Shown here: piece after piece, positions 27,745 through 42,508 of the stretch | Layout: every line of letters starts with the position of its first letter | How positions within the stretch are numbered: the first letter of the stretch is position 1 | DNA from: the human T2T-CHM13v2.0 reference genome, Homo sapiens | Length of the DNA: 64,000 nucleotides | Strand: one strand, 5' to 3' | NCBI RefSeq assembly: GCF_009914755.1 | Contig: NC_060926.1 | Program-made: the position numbers and the translations under genes | Notes under the pieces: model-generated | Database searches by the model: none | What the model was told of the DNA's origin: nothing | Seen by the model: only the letters and a program-made list of their open reading frames with translations

Positions 27745-28092
27745 GCTTGTGCCCCCAAAATTTCATATGTTGAAGCTCTAATCCCCAGTGTAATGGTATT
27801 AAAAAGTGGAGCCTTTGGGAGGTGATTAGATAGATTTAGATGAGATCGTGAGAATGGTAGAACACTTATGATGGGATTAGCGATGAGATTAGAAGGAGAG
27901 ACACCAGAGCTGCTTCTCTCTGCCATGTGAAGATACTGCAAGAAGGTGGCTGTGTGCAAGCTAGAAAGTGATCCCTCACTAGATCCTGACCATGCCAGTA
28001 GCCTGGACTTTCCAGCATCCAGAACTGTGAGAAATTAATTGTTGTTTAACATCCATTCTATGGTATTTTGTTATAGCAACCTGAGCAAAGAC
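27745..28092 (+). mobile_element. MLT1A-type MaLR LTR
   Basis: ccccaaaatttcatatgttgaag..gcctttgggaggtgattag..ccagaactgtgagaaa..tggtattttgttatagca..aagaca. Confidence 0.85.
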
Positions 28093-29520
28093 AAAATCTT
28101 ATAAAACACCATATAATGACAGTGAGGTGAGATGGTCCTCCCAGGAGTACAAGATGTTCTGGTGCTTGGACTTGACACGGGTACAGAGATTGGAGAAATA
28201 GGTAGTTAGTTTAACTTTTTCTGACTATTTCTTCCAAATATTTGTTGTCTCTTCTGGACTCTTAACAATTGATATTAAGTTCAGGGCACTTGCCTACATG
28301 CAGAGACCATGCCTTGAAGAAATCTCTCTGCTTTAGGGAACAGGATAGAGGTAGTACCAATTTATGCTAGGTTAGGAAAATAACTCTTGGCTGAATGGAT
28401 GGATACAAGACCATCTCACTGGTCCTGACAGAGTCTAAATTTCCTTTCAGGTTTCATGTGGGAATAGACTTAGTAACAGAAAAATGTGAAAATTTGAGTT
28501 CAGTTTACATTGCTTTTAAGTTGTCAGTATCATATGATAGCCTAAAGCCAATATGTACTTTTGAGGGGTGCAGGGCTAAAAGGCCAAATGATCACATACT
28601 TCTAGCTCAAAGGAAAAGAAGCTCAAACCTTGATGTCTTCTAATAAAGACATCCCTCCTCATGTACAGCAACATATGCCATAACACTGGCATCTACTGTT
28701 GCCTGTATGTGAGAAAAACAAAAGAGAAGACAGGGAATTAGAAAGATTTACAGGGATAAAATTCAAACAATGCCTATGATCAAAGACAAAGGCAGAGACA
28801 GAGGAAAAAAACACCTCAGAATGGTAACGCTGACAAAGCAGGAACAGGTAAGCTGATCCTGCTCACCTGCTGCTCCCTGCTGCCTTTGAAATCTGCAGGG
28901 CTTCCACATGTTGGAAGTGCAGGAAGTGACTGAAAATGAGACTGTAGCTTGACACTTGTCTGATTTGCTCCCATGAATTTCCAAAACAAAAAGCAAACTT
29001 AAACACCAGATAGCTATATCTTCAGCTCACTTTGAAACAGCAAATGTGAATAGATCTTGAGAGTTCTAGTTAAAGCTTTTTACTGGTGAAAACCAGAATA
29101 ACACTCAATTGAATCTGAATTCAATTTCAGAGAAAGGTTAGTGAGAAACTTTAAAATCCACAAAGTATTTCAGGGAAGCAAAGGACACCTGAATTTTTTT
29201 TAAAAAAGCCCAAGGATATATTTTAAAATGTTATCTGTTTAAAATGCTGCTTTAAAGGCCATTGCTTTTGAAAATTCTGATTATTTCAAACACATGTTGA
29301 ACATATTAAACTAATTTTAGAGTTTGTGATATTAATCCTTACACTGGTATAAAAAAAAACCATGATGACTCCCTTCATTCTGGAGAACATTATATAAATA
29401 CATAAACTTTTAGCAACAACCTAAACTTTTAGCAACAACTTGTAGATCCAATAAGAAAAAAATGTTTCCTAATATGTAATTGCCTTCGAGAAAAAAAAAA
29501 AGATCAAAGAACAAATGGCT

Positions 29521-29716
29521 TTATATATATATATATATACATATATATATACATATATATATATACATATATATACATATATATACATATATATACATAT
29601 ATATATACATATATATATACATATATATATACATATATATATACATATATATACATATATATATACATATATATATACATATATATATACACATATATAT
29701 ATACATATATATATAC
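29521..29716. repeat. (TA)n/(TATATATACA)n-type microsatellite
   Basis: Directly visible. Confidence 0.97.
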
Positions 29717-29800
29717 CTTTAGACTGTAGATCCAATAAGAAAAAAATGTTTCCTAATATGCAATTGCCTTTGAGAAAAAAAAAAACCAAAGGACAAATGT

Positions 29801-30371
29801 CTTTATATATATATTTATATTTTATATATAAATATAATAATATATTAAATATATATTATATTTATATATAAATATAATAATATATTTAATATATTATTAT
29901 ATTTATATATAAATATAATATATATTTAATATATTATTATATTTATATATAAAATATAAATATATATATTATTTATATATAAAATATAATATATTATTTA
30001 TATATAATATAAATGATATATTATGTATATATAAAATATAAATAATATATTATGTATATATAAAATATAAATATTATTTATATATAAAATATAAATAATA
30101 TTTATATATAAAATATAAATATTATATTATTTATATATAAAATATAAATAATATATTATTTATATATAAAATATAAATAATATATTATTTATATATAAAT
30201 AATATATAAAATATAAATATATATTATATATAAATAAAATATATATATTATATATATAAATTTATATATAATATATAAAATATAATATATATATTTAATA
30301 TTTATTATATAATATATAATGTATATTATATTTAATATAAATATATATTATATTTAAATATATATATATAA
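29801..30371. repeat. About 570-bp almost pure A/T low-complexity minisatellite
   Basis: Degenerate repeats of tattatttatatataaaatataaataa-like units. Confidence 0.95.
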
Positions 30372-30521
30372 AATCTCTTTCAAGTAAATCATTGAGTCAC
30401 TTTCAGTGCATTCAAGATTGCTCCAACAAATAGCTTATTTAAAATAGCTTTTCAAGTTTGATTAGCATTCATTTTGTCTAAGGAAAAACATTGCTCACAC
30501 ATGATATTTTAATTATGTCTA

Positions 30522-30924
<403 letters not shown>

Positions 30925-31720
30925 TTATTTATAATGCTATTTTCACCTCTAACAGTGCTTCTATGAAAAAAGTGTATGTGTGCACACACACACACACACA
31001 CACAGTTTGCATTTTTTTACCTGAAAATGGAACCCTAGTGACCTAGAAGCAACTAACTGACTTCAGAGGACTTTGCTTATCCTTACTTGGCCAGAATCCG
31101 ATTATTGTTATCGCTAATTTTCATTTTAGAGAAATAGAAGGATGTGAAGTAAGCAATGTCTGAGAAAAGGGAGGTATCCCACTGGGATCTAAAAACTTCC
31201 AGCAGGAAAACTAGAGAGCTTTCTGGAGGAAAAAATACATTCAAGTAGTTTCATCAAATATAAGACAAATATATTTTCACATTTTAACATTTTTTAATTT
31301 GGCATATACCTCATAATTAATTTGCTAAGCAAGCCTAGTTTAACTAGAGTTCTTTTCCTTTAATTTTAATACATAAAATAATAATCCTCTGACAATTAAC
31401 ACCATGTTAGAATGGATGAAATATAGAACAAAGACTGAAGAAAAACAACCAAACCCAAGAGGACATTCATTATGAAGAACTCAAGGAAGTACATGATATT
31501 GCATCAATGTATAGTATTAGTACTCTCAGAAAAGCTTGTAGAAATACGTATTACTAATGGTCTGAGGTGTAGAAGTAATTTTCTTTTCTTAATGTCTGTT
31601 TTTTTTTAATTATTCAACACATAGATGTAATTTTATGTAATAAGATCATGTTAATCATTTCTGTTTTTGATTTGGCTTTGGTCTTTTTAAAATATTGTTT
31701 TCATTGTTTGCTTGGCCATC

Positions 31721-32287
31721 TGTAACAGACACACCCTACTCTTGACCCCCCCAGTGATCCATGTTCTCGTAATCATCTCCAGTCCTTGGATAAGTGGGAC
31801 ATGCAACTTTCTTCTAGCCAACAGAATATGGCAAAAGTGATGGTATGGGATGTCAGTCTTGTGATTGTATTTCATTTCGTAAGACTCCATCTTAGCTGAT
31901 TTAGCAGCAGGAGATCTCCTGCTGGCACTGAAGAAGCAAACAGACATGCCAGAACTGCCTATGGAGAGGGCCATGTGACAAGGAATTGCAGGTGGTCTCT
32001 GAGACATAAGGGTGGCCTCCAGCCAACAGCCGGTAAGAAGCCAGGGCCATCAGGCAGGCAGTCCCGAGGAAATTAATTCTACCAACAATAATGCAAGCTT
32101 GGAAAAGGATCCTGAGCTCCAGAAGGGAATTCAGTCCTGCCAACACCTTGATTGTAGCTTTAGAAGATCCTGAGCAGAGGATTCAGCTAAGCTGTGCCCA
32201 GACTCAACCCATGGCAACAGAAAATAAGTGTATGTCATTTTAAACTTCCGAATTTGTGTTAATTTGTTACACAACAGGAGAAAACAA
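31721..32287 (+). mobile_element. MLT1E-type MaLR LTR
   Basis: cttctagccaacagaatatggcaaaagtgatgg..atggagagggccatgtgacaaggaa..taatttgttacacaaca. Confidence 0.8.
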
Positions 32288-32399
32288 GAACATTCCCCTT
32301 CTCTTTTCTCTTCCTCCCCTCTATCCACATTACTACCACCACCACCACTCAGATAACAGGTGATGAAGTTCCTTTGATTATAAAATTACAAGTATTTAC

Positions 32400-33700
32400 A
32401 AAATACACATACACTTATAGTGGGAGGATCTTACTTATGTTTCAAAACTGGGCTATTACACAGTTTATCAGCATCCTGCTTTTCTCACTCAACCATACCT
32501 CATGGAAATCCCTCCAGGTTTCCTACTATCTTTCTAACACACAGTCTTTTTGATGGCTACAAAATAGCCCATGGTATTAATGTGCTATTATGGGCATTCA
32601 CTTTGTTTCCAGTTCTTATAATCAACATTATGTATACATGTTCATTGGTGCTATTATTTTTACTAGTTAGATTCCTAAGGGTGACAGTGCTAGATCAAAG
32701 CATCCTATGCATTTATTTCTGCTAATAGATGTTACAAGATTACATTCCAAAAAGGATGCTAAAATGTAAGTTACTACATTTTTGTTAGAAATATCTGAAA
32801 CTACCATTGCCTATCCATTCTTTGGCAGAAAGTGGTGCTTTCCTTCTTTTTAGGTTTGGCCAGTGTGTGAGGTATATAAATGTTAGTTTAATTTGTACTT
32901 GCCTGCCTATAAGAAGTTTGATCTTTTTGGGATTAACTCTTCTATGATTTGCCTATTTTTCTCTTTTGCCCATTTTTCTATTGGATGATCTCCTCATCAT
33001 TTGTAAGAACTCTTTGTCTATTATAGTATTAATCTTCTGTGTTCTGCATTCAAACATTTTTTTTCCAAATCTATTGTTTTTTCTATTCACTTTTTTAAAT
33101 GGTCCTCTTTTTCCCCCTAGTTTATACTTATAATCTTGTAGATTTTCCTGTAGGTGTTTCTTGTTATGTTGCTAACTTTAATATTTAATTCATCCCAAAT
33201 TTATCTATATTGTGTAAGTCAGTGATACAATTTTATTTACTTCCTGATGGATTAGCCAATTGGGCTAACACCATATGTTGCAGGAAACCGTGATTTTCCC
33301 AATGAGTTAAAATACCACCTTGGCTGTATGTTAAATTCTCATCCATACCAGGATCTATTTTCAGATTCTGGATTCTTTTCCACTGATCTATTCTGATGCC
33401 AATGCCATATTGATTCAAATACAATAAATTACAGCATGTTCTCACATGGTAAGGCAAGCTCCCTTTCTTTAATCCTCTTTTTTAAAAAAAAAAAAACTTA
33501 CCTGATTTCAGCCATTTATTCCTTCATGAAAATTTTTAAACATTTCATCAGTTTGATGGTTCTAATTTAAAATGAATTTCATTTTTATGTAAACATTTAG
33601 AAGATTCATAATGTTATTAATCTTTTAATCCAAAAATGTATTCTAGCTTTTTATTTATATCTCATGTTCTTCAATACAAATCTATAGTTTTCCACACAGG
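32400..33700 (-). mobile_element. Ancient L1M 3' region fragments
   Basis: T-rich reverse L1 motifs (tttgcccatttttctattgg, ttccactgatctatt..atgccaatgcc). The minus ORF 33233..33457 contains YGIGIRIDQWKRI, resembling the L1 ORF2 motif W..DR.IDQWNRIE. Confidence 0.65.
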
Positions 33701-33860
33701 GATGAATCCAGCATCAGCTCTCCCTTCAGGACCTTGGCAAGATCCAGGTGCTCACTAGAACACAGACATCATAAACACACCAAAATTTCTTTTTTCCTTC
33801 TTTCCCTTCCATTTTCTTACTTCAATTTAATATTTATTAACTTAATGAGAATTTGAGTTC

Positions 33861-34548
33861 TGTATTAATTATGGTTCTCCAGAAAACAGAACTAATCTAA
33901 TGTACATATACGTTGTGTGTATATATATATGTATACACACACACACATACAGATATAGAAAGAAATATTTATTATAAGGTATTGGCTCACACAATTGTGG
34001 AAGCTGAGAAGTCCTACAATCTGCTGTCTGCAAGCTGGAGACCCAAGAAAGTCAGTGGTATAATTTAAAAACTTGACAGCCAGAAAGTCAATGGTGTACA
34101 TTCTAGTCCAAATCTGAAGCCCTTAGAACCAGGTGTACTAAGGGCAGAAGATCAATATCCTAGTTCAAGCATTCAGGCAAAGGAAGGGTGACTCCAATCT
34201 GCCTTTGCCTTCTTTTTTTTTTAATTAATTAATTTATTCATTTATTATTATTATACTTTAAGTTTTAGGGTACATGTGCACAATGTGCAGGTTAGTTACA
34301 TATGTATACATGTGCCATACTGGTGCACTGCACCCACTAACTCATCATCTCGCATTAGGTAATCAGGCTCTCAATGGATTGTACAATGCCACATTAGGGA
34401 AAGCCATCTGCTTTACTCAGTTCACCAATTCAAATGCTAATCTCTTCAGGAAAACGCCTTCACAGGCATACCCCCCAGAAACAATGTTTCACCATCTATC
34501 TGGGCACAATGAACCAGTCAAATTAACACATAAAATTAACCATTACAG
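33861..34548 (-). mobile_element. MLT2 (ERVL) solo LTR interrupted by an L1PA 3' end
   Basis: tgtatt..ggttctccaga..attggctcacacaatt..ctgcaagctggagaccca..ccagtcaaattaacacataaaattaaccattaca. Confidence 0.85.
34213..34361 (-). mobile_element. Severely 5'-truncated young L1PA 3' end, about 150 bp
   Basis: ttattatactttaagttttagggtacatgtgcacaatgtgcaggttagttacatatgtatacatgtgcca..cacccactaactc.tcatct.gcattaggta. Confidence 0.92.
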
Positions 34549-36729
34549 CTTCCTACAGTTGCAAAGCACTTTCATATGATAGGATACTATATAGTTTGTA
34601 ATTTCTATTTAACAGGCATTAACGTAGTTAAAAATTAACTGTATATTAGACAAATAAATGCTTTTGTCACAATTTACTTTTCTTCCTCTCTGACATGGTT
34701 TTCACATGGAAGTATTCCTCTGCATCTCTTTCAAGTATGATGCTAGGAAATTGTCAAAATTTACATCTTGCTATTCTCAAACACGTAAGTGGAACTCAGA
34801 GTCCAGCTGAAACAGCAATAATTACCATTTGTTTTAGAAATTCTCATAAATAAAAAAGCATTATTAATCAAATTAGTGGAATGAGATATAGCTGAATCAG
34901 ATACACTGATACTAAATTATAGTGACTACTTTCTTTTTCCCTTTTTCATACCGATTTTAAACAACTTTCAAAGGGTTTTATTCTCCTCCAGACTGAAGTA
35001 TATAAAGGGTGAGAGACAGTTAGTCTGGAGATGGGTGGAAAAGGAAGAAAACCTTTAGGATACATAAACACACACACCAAGAGACAGAGAGAGAGATTTT
35101 TTCCAAACATACATTTCATCAGATTTAAAGTCAAACAAAAATACAGTATGCTTTCATTAACTGTACCACCATTAAAAATAAAATTTTAAGTTACGAGTAT
35201 ATTTTAATGAGTGTATTTTAACCACTTTTATCTTAGCAATCAAATAAATAAAACTGATGATGTTTTACAATCGTTCTATGTAAGATTTAGCATCCACCTG
35301 AGTAAATGAAAGAATAACTGCAAATGTGAATCTTCCTTTTTAAACATTTGATAATGAATTCAAAGATCAGCATAATACTACTTCTCATTTTTTTTTTCTT
35401 TGTAAGTATGTCTCCTACTCCTCCAGTTGCCTTCTCTCTCCCTTAGCAAGAAGATAGCACTATTAGATACTGCAAGAAGAAATACTCTCTTTCTACCTTA
35501 AAAATCATACCTTCTTTCCTCCACTGTTACCATGCCCCACTGGGTTCTAGACTTATGAAAATGTCCTGGTTTTTACAAAGATAGGAGATAATTTTTAAGC
35601 ATCTCTATAAATGAAAGCAAATAGACTACACCATAGAATTGTTTATAAAAGTTCAAATTACATTTTGAAAAGATTATTATTCTTATAAATACACAAGTTT
35701 ACTTAGCCCCCCACAATTTTAAATAAAAGTTTCAAGTTCAGGATATTATAAAACAATCTCAAATTGTGACCACTATAAGGTGGCAATGCTGCTTTGTTTC
35801 TCTGTTTCTTAATTTACTCAATAAAAAGCACAATTATTTCCCAAAAGCCTAAGAAAAAGGAAAATGATTTTAGGACTTCATGGTAAACTCAAAGCACCTA
35901 ATCCGGTAGCATTCAGATTATGCTGTATCCATTTAGGTCTTGAGACTTCCCTTCAAATTATGCTATATGACAAATAAAGACGAATTTCATGTTGGCTCCA
36001 TTTGCTCCAACCAAAACAAAGTAAGATAAAATGGCATGATGAATGGATTTACTCAGATACATTTAGGATGGAGATGTCAGTGTCACAGCAGGTCAGCATA
36101 AAATGGGTAAATAGCACAACATGAATAAGATTTTCAGTTGCTCAGGTCAACAATATGACAACGATTGCATGGACAATCTGAAAATCAAAAACAACTTTAT
36201 CTGTGTAGTCAAATAGATTTTCCTCAAGCCATGCAAAATTAAAAAGGTCCACCCTGTTGCATTCTGCTCCAGGCTGGTATTTGTGCTTTTCTTCCTGTTT
36301 CCTACCTACATTATTCTCCTCGGACTCCCCACTAGTCTCAGTCACTTACACTTAGCCTGAAAACTCACTCACACCAAAACAGAAATGGCTGGTGTTATGT
36401 CCAATTATCTGCACTTGGAATATTCTTAATATTGGCATGGAAGGCTTACCTCTTATTAAAGGAAACCATGGGGAAGGAGGAGCGTTGTTAATCTGTGACC
36501 TGAGTCATGGATTTCTTCTAGCAGAAATAGGAATCATGTGACTTCTGGACCCACGGCGTTCTCATTTTGTTCCCACTCTTCATTTCATCTTGCCCCTATT
36601 TCAGATATTCTCTTAAATATTTCTAATCATTTGGCCTGCATCCTAAGAGAACATTACATTCTTCCAAAAACAGACTTCCACCTATCTCACAACACGTAAG
36701 TCCAAACTGAGTGATTAAAAGGATAACCA

Positions 36730-37038
36730 GGCTGGATGCAGTGGCTCATGACAGTAATCCCAGCACTTTGGGAGGCCAAGGCAGGCAGATCCCATAAGCC
36801 CAGGAGTTCAAGACCAGCCTGGCCAACATGGCGAAACCCTGCTCTACCAAAAACAAAAAAACAAAAATTAGCCAGGAGTGGTGGTGTGCGCCTGTAGTCC
36901 CAGCTACTGAAGAAGCTGAGGCGGGAGGATCCTTTGAACCTAAGAGGGAGAGGTTGCAGCGAACCAAAATCACACCATTGTACTCTAAGCCTGGATGACA
37001 GAGCAAGACTCTGTCTCAAAAAACAAGAAAAAAAAAAA
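36730..37038 (+). mobile_element. AluJ
   Basis: J-type gcccaggagttc and ggaggatc motifs; TSD gataacc. Confidence 0.9.
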
Positions 37039-38777
37039 GATAACCCCTCAATTTCAGTAGCAATCCTTTTATCTGACACATCAGCACTGGTTATATCATC
37101 AACTAATCAAAAATAAAAAGTATTATACATCCTTTAAACATTCCATCTGAATTTAAAATGTACAAATGTACATTTATTTTCTAGTTTTTTTCACGTAGAG
37201 CCAAAACATCTCCAAGTATGGGGACTCAGCTGATGAGTTTTGAACTATGTCTAGTGTGAACCACACGTAATGCAGTCTAGTGTTTCCAATTTTTATTGTT
37301 TAATGTGAAGAGAAAGCAGCTTTCTATCTCCAAATGTTTATAATACTAAGATTAAAAGTAGAGAAAATGAAAACTCCAGGAACAAGGCAGACTAAAGAGC
37401 ACACAGACAGTTGAAATAAACCAAGCAACAGCAGGGGAGTCCTGCTTTGCCGAAAGAGGTTTGCAACCATCATTTTTGGAGCATGAAATTGATCCTATTA
37501 GCATTTTCTGAGATGCTAAGGATTGCAGGTGTCACTATTATTCACTAAATAATGTTACCCTCGCCTTGAAATGCAAAATCTTTCTTTCACATGGGGAGCA
37601 TTATGCGGTACTCAGAGAAAAAAACAAGTTTCTAATGTGAAGACTGAAAATAAAGGTCTACAAGAGGACTTGATGAAATGCAAATGAATTGTTTTAACAG
37701 CAATTTGCACTGGCAAAATATTAAAATGATCAAAATTCACACAGCATATATGGATGATGATTCATCTTTAGTCAAAGCTTAATTACTACATTCATCCTAA
37801 TGATTGGAACCTGTTCCAGAAATATTGAAAACAGGTGCAAAATAAAAGGTAGTATAAAATGTCACTCACTGTGAAATAAACTGCAGTTGCAATTATTATA
37901 AGTAATGTCATGCAGCTTATGGATCTCAAAAGCATAATCTGAATTTTAGAATTATAGGACAATAAATCAATTGGATACCGCTCATTATAAAAAATGTGTT
38001 CTCATACTCTGCGGGAAAAGGGGAATTGGGTACATAGCCACATTGTAAATGGAAAAAAAAAAAAAGCTGATTTTTAAAATTTTGATCAATACTAAGTTTC
38101 GGTATTTTTTCTTTAGAATTTTTTGATGTTGCTTTTAATACCATTGATTTAATGTAATAATAGATAATTCACATGACTCAAAAATTACAAAGTTCAAAAA
38201 GATACAGTGAAGACTCCTTCCAAGATAATTCCCATCTGCCCATTCCCAACTATCGCCTTCCCAGTAACAATTGTTTATATATATAATTAATACTATATAT
38301 TGATGTTTCCAATTTATGCTAATAGTAGTATATTATAGTTTCCTGGACCTTTTTTGTTTAATATACCTTAGAAATCTTTCAAAATTAGTACATAGAATAC
38401 TTCCTTGTTTGTTTTTATCAAATGAAAAATATTTCATTGTATGAAAAACCATAATTTATTTAACCAGTACATCTTATGGACTTGAACAGGTTTAGGAGAG
38501 TTTCTGTCACCAGTCTAGCTTATCACCAGCTGTTCCCACATCTTCGGTTGGCCAACTTTTCATTTTAATCATTTATGGATCACTTTGTTTTAAGAGTATC
38601 TATCTCTCTCTCTCTCTCTCTCTCTCTCCACATATGTGGAACTTCTTTTTAACTTCAAAGAGTGTCCTTCATATGGGAGGTGAGTTTTTTTGGTTTTCTT
38701 TTTCCAGCTTTATTGAGGTATAATTAACAAATAAAAATTGTACATATTTAAGGTATAAGGAGGTAAATTTTGATTAA

Positions 38778-39183
<406 letters not shown>

Positions 39184-39569
39184 TCACCTGTATTTTTTAG
39201 GCTTAAAGTAATTTTTAGCCTGCTGATTAATAGCTGTCTCCTAGTTCCAACAAAAATGGAATTCACTGGGGTTTTTTTTCTTTTTTAACTCTGTCTTTAA
39301 CTTTTGGATAATTTCTAGAAGGAAAACAGCATAATCCTGATTTACCTTAGTTAGGTTTGTACGGGAAGTTCAGAAACGCTGCTTTCAAGTGATAAAATAT
39401 GATTTAAATCACCCAAAAGGTGATTAAGTCACCCAGTTTCCCTTCATCATGTAATTTTCACAATGAGAAAAAAACCCATTTAGCACGATTTTTATTTCAA
39501 ACAAACGTATTTTGCTTTCATCAGTACATGTATTCCCTAATCAGCAAAGCGAACTTTCTCCCATGTATT

Positions 39570-40135
39570 ATAATAGTTTATAATTGCTTCTTAGAGGTGT
39601 AAAACAATACAAATTGATTATCTCACAGTTCTATAGTTGAGGAGTCGGTCAGACCCTGCTTAGAGTCTCACAGGATGCCCGATGAGGCTGCGCTCCTTAC
39701 TGGACACTCTAGGGAAGAATATGCCTCCCAGCTCAGTCAGGTTGCTGGCTAAGTTCAGTTTCTTGTGTTTGTAGCATTAAGGTCCCTATTTCCTTGCTGG
39801 CTGTCAGCAGGGGGCTGGTCTTTGCTCCTAGAGGCTGTGCACATTCTTCTCATGCTTTTCATGAGCTCCCTCCAGCAATGGCGGGTTGAATACCTCTGGC
39901 AATAAAATATCTCTGACTTGTCTTTCTGCCACATCTCTCTAACTCCGCCTGAAAAAACAATTATTTACTTTTAAAGGCTCATGTAATTAAGCTAGGTCCA
40001 GCAGGACAACCCAGGATAATCTTCCTATTTTAATGTCTGTAACATTAATCACATCTGCAAAATTCCTTTTATCATGTAACATCTTCATAGGTCTGGTGAT
40101 AGGGCATGAGAATTTAAAAGAGGTCATTATTCTTC
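39570..40135 (-). mobile_element. MLT1E-type MaLR LTR
   Basis: ttatctcacagttctatag..tttccttgctggctgtcagc..aatcacatctgcaaaattccttt..cattattct. Confidence 0.75.
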
Positions 40136-40565
40136 CTAGACATCCTATAACTGCATCCAGCATTTGAGACATAGCAAAATAAATTTCACCAAAGATATAC
40201 TACTCCATTGATTAGCTAATATAATCTCCTAGTTCTACCCTTTGGCAGACTGAAAATCCCACAGCAATCCAGAAAAAGTTGATGAACTGAACTGTGAAGA
40301 ACCAAGTTGATTAGTGGCTAATCCATACAGATGCCAAATATGGTGAAGATTAGAATCTAAGCATAAGAATCTGAATTTTTAAATATTCCTCAAGTTGTCA
40401 AAAAATGAAGCTAATAAAATGGAAATATGAAAGACCAATTAAAGAAAAGAGCTCATATCAGTGTGGCTAATATAAGAAAATACCAATGATGAAGGTTAGA
40501 ATCTCAGCATAGGAGCCTGAATTTTCTTACCAAAGAATCAGTACTCTTCCAAAATGTCAAAGTCA

Positions 40566-40860
40566 GGCCGGGCACTGTGGCTCACACCCGTAATTCCTGC
40601 ACTTTGGGAGGCTGAGGTGGGCGGATCACTTGAGACCAAGAGTTCAAGACCAGGCTCCCAACGTGATGAAACCCCATCTCTACTAAAAATACAAAAATTA
40701 GCCAGGCATGGTGGTACGTGCCTGTAATCTTAGCTACTCAGGAGGCTGAGGCAGGAGAATCACTTGAACCCCAGGAAGCAGAGGTTGCAGTGAGTCAAGA
40801 TCATGCCACTGCACTCCAGCCTGGGCAACAGAGCGAGACTCTGTCTCAAAAAAACAAAAA
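40566..40860 (+). mobile_element. AluS
   Basis: Full Alu; TSD gtcaaagtca. Confidence 0.95.
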
Positions 40861-41175
40861 GTCAAAGTCATACAAAAAAGGAAAAGACCACGGAACTATC
40901 ACAGACGGGAAGAAACAATGGAGAAATAAAAACTAAATGCAATGTGAAATCCTGGATAAATTCTGAAGGAGAAAAGAAACATTATCAAGGAAATTCATGA
41001 AATTCTAATGGAATCTCTTAATTAATAATATTGTACAAATATTAATTTCCTGTTCTTGATAATTATCCTTTGGGAGTGTAAGATGTTAAATAGAGGAAAA
41101 AGGATGAGGGATTGCTCATGCATTTATTCTATAAGTCTAAAATTAGTTCAAACTAAATAATTAAAATAAAAATCA

Positions 41176-41580
<405 letters not shown>

Positions 41581-42231
41581 TTAGATATAATCTGCATAAA
41601 AATTTTAGCAAAAGCAACTAAAATCATGACAAAGTGACAAAGTTGCACAGGAAGATTACAACAGAAGCAGTAAAAAGAAAAGTAAATGACAAGCCAGCCT
41701 AGCGCTTCTGGTAGGCTAGGGGCTCGCACTGAGATGATAAAACTATCACCTTTCCACACAAGAGATTCCAGATCAGGAGGGAACCAGATAGAGACTGAAT
41801 AAACAGAAGCCATGTGGTGAGGAAAGTGTAGCAAAGATACTCAGAATTTCAGTGGTGAGAACTCAGAAAATGTCAGCCCAGACTCTGAAGACACCTCCTT
41901 TCAACAGCAGGGTCAAGGAAATCTAACTCATGACATTTTGAAAGATCTGACAGTGCTGATACAAAATTTCAGTATGAGAAACAGAAAGAGCAGGAAAACT
42001 TACCAAAAGAGGAACATACATCATAAGTAGATAAAAACTTGGATTAAACATTTTTCCATGAATTTCAGAACTTAATAAAGCAATTGCTCTCTGAATATAA
42101 ATCAGAAGGCGAAAATACAAGAAGGCAAAAGAGAAATGGTAAGAAAACCTAAGCAGAGAGTAAGAAAACAGAAGAAGATGAAACATGACCTGAGAGAACT
42201 CAGGAAAGAAAGTGAGGATTAAAATAAATTT

Positions 42232-42508
42232 GCCTGTAATCCCCACACTTTGGGAGGCCAAGTGAGGCAGATCTCTTGAAGCCAGGAGTTCGAGACCAGC
42301 CTGGCCAATGTGGCGAAAACCCGTCTCTTACAAAAATACAAAAATTAGCTGGGCAGGGTGGCACACACCTGTAATCACAGCTGCTCAGGAGGTCGAGGCA
42401 GGAGAATCACTTGAACCCAAGAGGCAGAGGTTGCAGTGAGCCAAGATCATGCCACTGCACTCCGGCCTGCATGACAGAGTAAAATTCTCTTAGGAAAATA
42501 AAAAATAA
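42232..42508 (+). mobile_element. 5'-truncated Alu
   Basis: Begins gcctgtaatcccc and has both arms. Confidence 0.9.

Noticed and set aside
29469-29871. Tyr/Ile-rich ORFs on both strands
   Set aside because: Translations of the (TA)n microsatellite.
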